From positions 1-15,523 of the forward strand of contig JBGTHM010000055.1 of assembly GCA_041746255.1 (NCBI GenBank): DNA of 15,523 nucleotides, written 5' to 3'. Below, in pieces: positions 14,323-15,523 of this stretch. The position numbers were made by a program, and so were the translations under genes. The stretch is from Fibrobacteria bacterium (GTDB taxonomy: Bacteria > Fibrobacterota > Fibrobacteria > UBA11236). Positions within the stretch are counted from its first letter, which is position 1; every line of letters begins with the position of its first letter. Under the pieces are notes generated by a model, which was not told the DNA's origin, searched no databases, and worked only from the letters and a program-made list of their open reading frames with translations.

Positions 14323-15255
14323 ATGATCCGCATCAACCTTTTGAAGCCGCTGCAAACGGCAAGACCCATGCTCCTGCTGGACGAACCCGGCATATCCGCC
14401 GGTCGTAAGCTGGCGTTGGTACTGGGAATTTTAGTGGTGGTGGCGATAACCGCGGGTATTGTCCTCTATCAAGGCGGCCATTTCGGAAGCGCCACCCTCT
14501 CAAAAGCGGCCGGGAAGGCTGCCCGGGACGGCGCTTCGACTCAACCGGCTCCGCACCCCCAATCGGGTCCGGCCCGTGTCACGGCGCAGGCCGTCGAGGA
14601 AATCGTACGCGAAATCCAGGACGAGCAGGCCCTGGTTGCGCCTTTGCTTTCCTATGACGAGTTGTTCCCCTCGGAAAAAATCGAGTTTCAGAACTGGGCG
14701 TCCGGCCGGGTATTGCAAACCGTACGCGATGCGGTTCCGGGTTCGGTGGGATTCGCCGATTTCATCTATACGGCGCCCGGGGAGTTTTACATTCGGGGCC
14801 TTTCCTATAATTCGCAAAGCCTGGAAAATTTTCGCAAACGGCTAGCCGCGCAAGAGTCGGTGAAAATCGATCCCGGCATCACGAAGAATTCCGGCGGGTC
14901 CGCGCGCGAATTTTCCCTTTACGGGAAGATCGACCTTCCCGTAAAAATTCTGGACGGAACGGATAGAGCCGTCAAGGAGGCGAGGCTGCCGGCCTTACTG
15001 CAGGCTTTCCGCTCCGGCGCGGCCGAGTTGGGGATACGGCTGAAGGCGCCCGAGCTCCGCTCCAATACTCCGCTGGGTCATTATCAAAAAAGAGTCTATG
15101 TCACCGAAGCGATGTGTAATTATTCCCAGCTGCAAAGTCTTCTCGAAAAAATGCATCGCGAAAACTCCCAGCTTGGCCTCCTCAAATTCGCATTGCATGC
15201 CAAGGGCGATGAGACCATGATCGCCAGCCTCGACCTCCTGCTTTACGTCGAGTGA
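14323..15255 (+). CDS. PilN-like inner-membrane protein with extra C-terminal PilO/GspM-like domain
   Basis: N-terminal INLL motif (PilM-binding peptide of PilN) and a single TM segment (LALVLGILVVVAITAGIVLY). PilN-like core VLQTVRDAVPGSV...FYIRGLSYNSQSLENFRKRL...FSLYGKI. Second domain ...MCNYSQLQSLLEKM...LGLLKFAL...IASLDLLLY. Its ATG directly follows the pilM TGA. Confidence 0.6.
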   Translation: MIRINLLKPLQTARPMLLLDEPGISAGRKLALVLGILVVVAITAGIVLYQGGHFGSATLSKAAGKAARDGASTQPAPHPQSGPARVTAQAVEEIVREIQDEQALVAPLLSYDELFPSEKIEFQNWASGRVLQTVRDAVPGSVGFADFIYTAPGEFYIRGLSYNSQSLENFRKRLAAQESVKIDPGITKNSGGSAREFSLYGKIDLPVKILDGTDRAVKEARLPALLQAFRSGAAELGIRLKAPELRSNTPLGHYQKRVYVTEAMCNYSQLQSLLEKMHRENSQLGLLKFALHAKGDETMIASLDLLLYVE

Positions 15256-15259
15256 TTGG

Positions 15260-15296
15260 ATGCGCGCCCCGCTCCGGTATCCGGCGCGCGTTGTTT
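15260..15296 (+). terminator. Possible intrinsic terminator after the pilN/O-like gene
   Basis: GCGCGCC (15262-15268)/GGCGCGC (15283-15289) stem followed by GTTGTTT. The loop is long (14 nt). Confidence 0.35.
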
Positions 15297-15401
15297 CCCC
15301 GGTCCGCAATCGACTCTCGCTCTCCAATCCTGAATCGATTTGTTTCGTTGTATTATTGAGGCGCAAAGCTATTTTGAATTTCAGAAGGAAAATCAGGAAA
15401 T

Positions 15402-15523
15402 ATGGCGCTTAGCATCACCGGCGGGTTATATAAAGGGCATAAACTTTGGACGGATAAGCATTCCACCAAGGTAAGGCCCACCTCCTCGAAGGTACGCCAG
15501 GCGCTTTTCAACACCTTGGCCGC
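15402..15523 (+). CDS. rsmD: 5' end of 16S rRNA m2G966 methyltransferase RsmD (runs off the window; absent from the ORF track)
   Basis: Manual translation gives MALSITGGLYKGHKLWTDKHSTKVRPTSSKVRQALFNTLA, matching the RsmD N-terminal pattern (I.gG..kG..L...RPT..kVreAlFN.L). A purine-rich GAAGGAAAATCAGGAAA lies upstream. Confidence 0.88.
   Translation, partial: MALSITGGLYKGHKLWTDKHSTKVRPTSSKVRQALFNTLA

Noticed and set aside
1..15523. CRISPR array, tRNA/rRNA genes, repeated DNA-uptake sequences
   Set aside because: No regularly spaced repeats, cloverleaf or T-loop motifs in intergenic regions, or over-represented 9-12-mers were noticed by eye. A k-mer count would be needed to exclude the last.

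Overview
Bacterial chromosomal window with moderately high GC. A Fibrobacterota-like host is inferred from a T9SS/Fibrobacter-type C-terminal tail, the type of outer-membrane protein and the gene mix. Left to right: 3' end of a probable outer-membrane beta-barrel gene; a minus-strand AAA_14/DUF4143 ATPase with a C-terminal PD-(D/E)xK-like motif, preceded by a near-perfect 17-bp inverted repeat containing promoter-like hexamers on both strands; a divergent monomeric class II (B12-dependent) ribonucleotide reductase; a 6-phosphofructokinase with an atypical GGGGT motif, followed 3 nt later by a secreted beta-helix PL31-like lyase; a convergent GH128-type beta-1,3-glucanase; then a same-strand run uvrD/pcrA, gatC, pyrG, comEA-like, pilM-like, probable pilN/pilO fusion, and the 5' end of rsmD. 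I saw no RNA genes, CRISPR arrays, transposases or phage structural genes. All family calls come from motif recognition by eye, not database searches. The best candidate for an under-described system is the palindrome-capped AAA_14/DUF4143 ATPase-nuclease unit. A second is the comEA-pilM-pilNO block attached to housekeeping genes.
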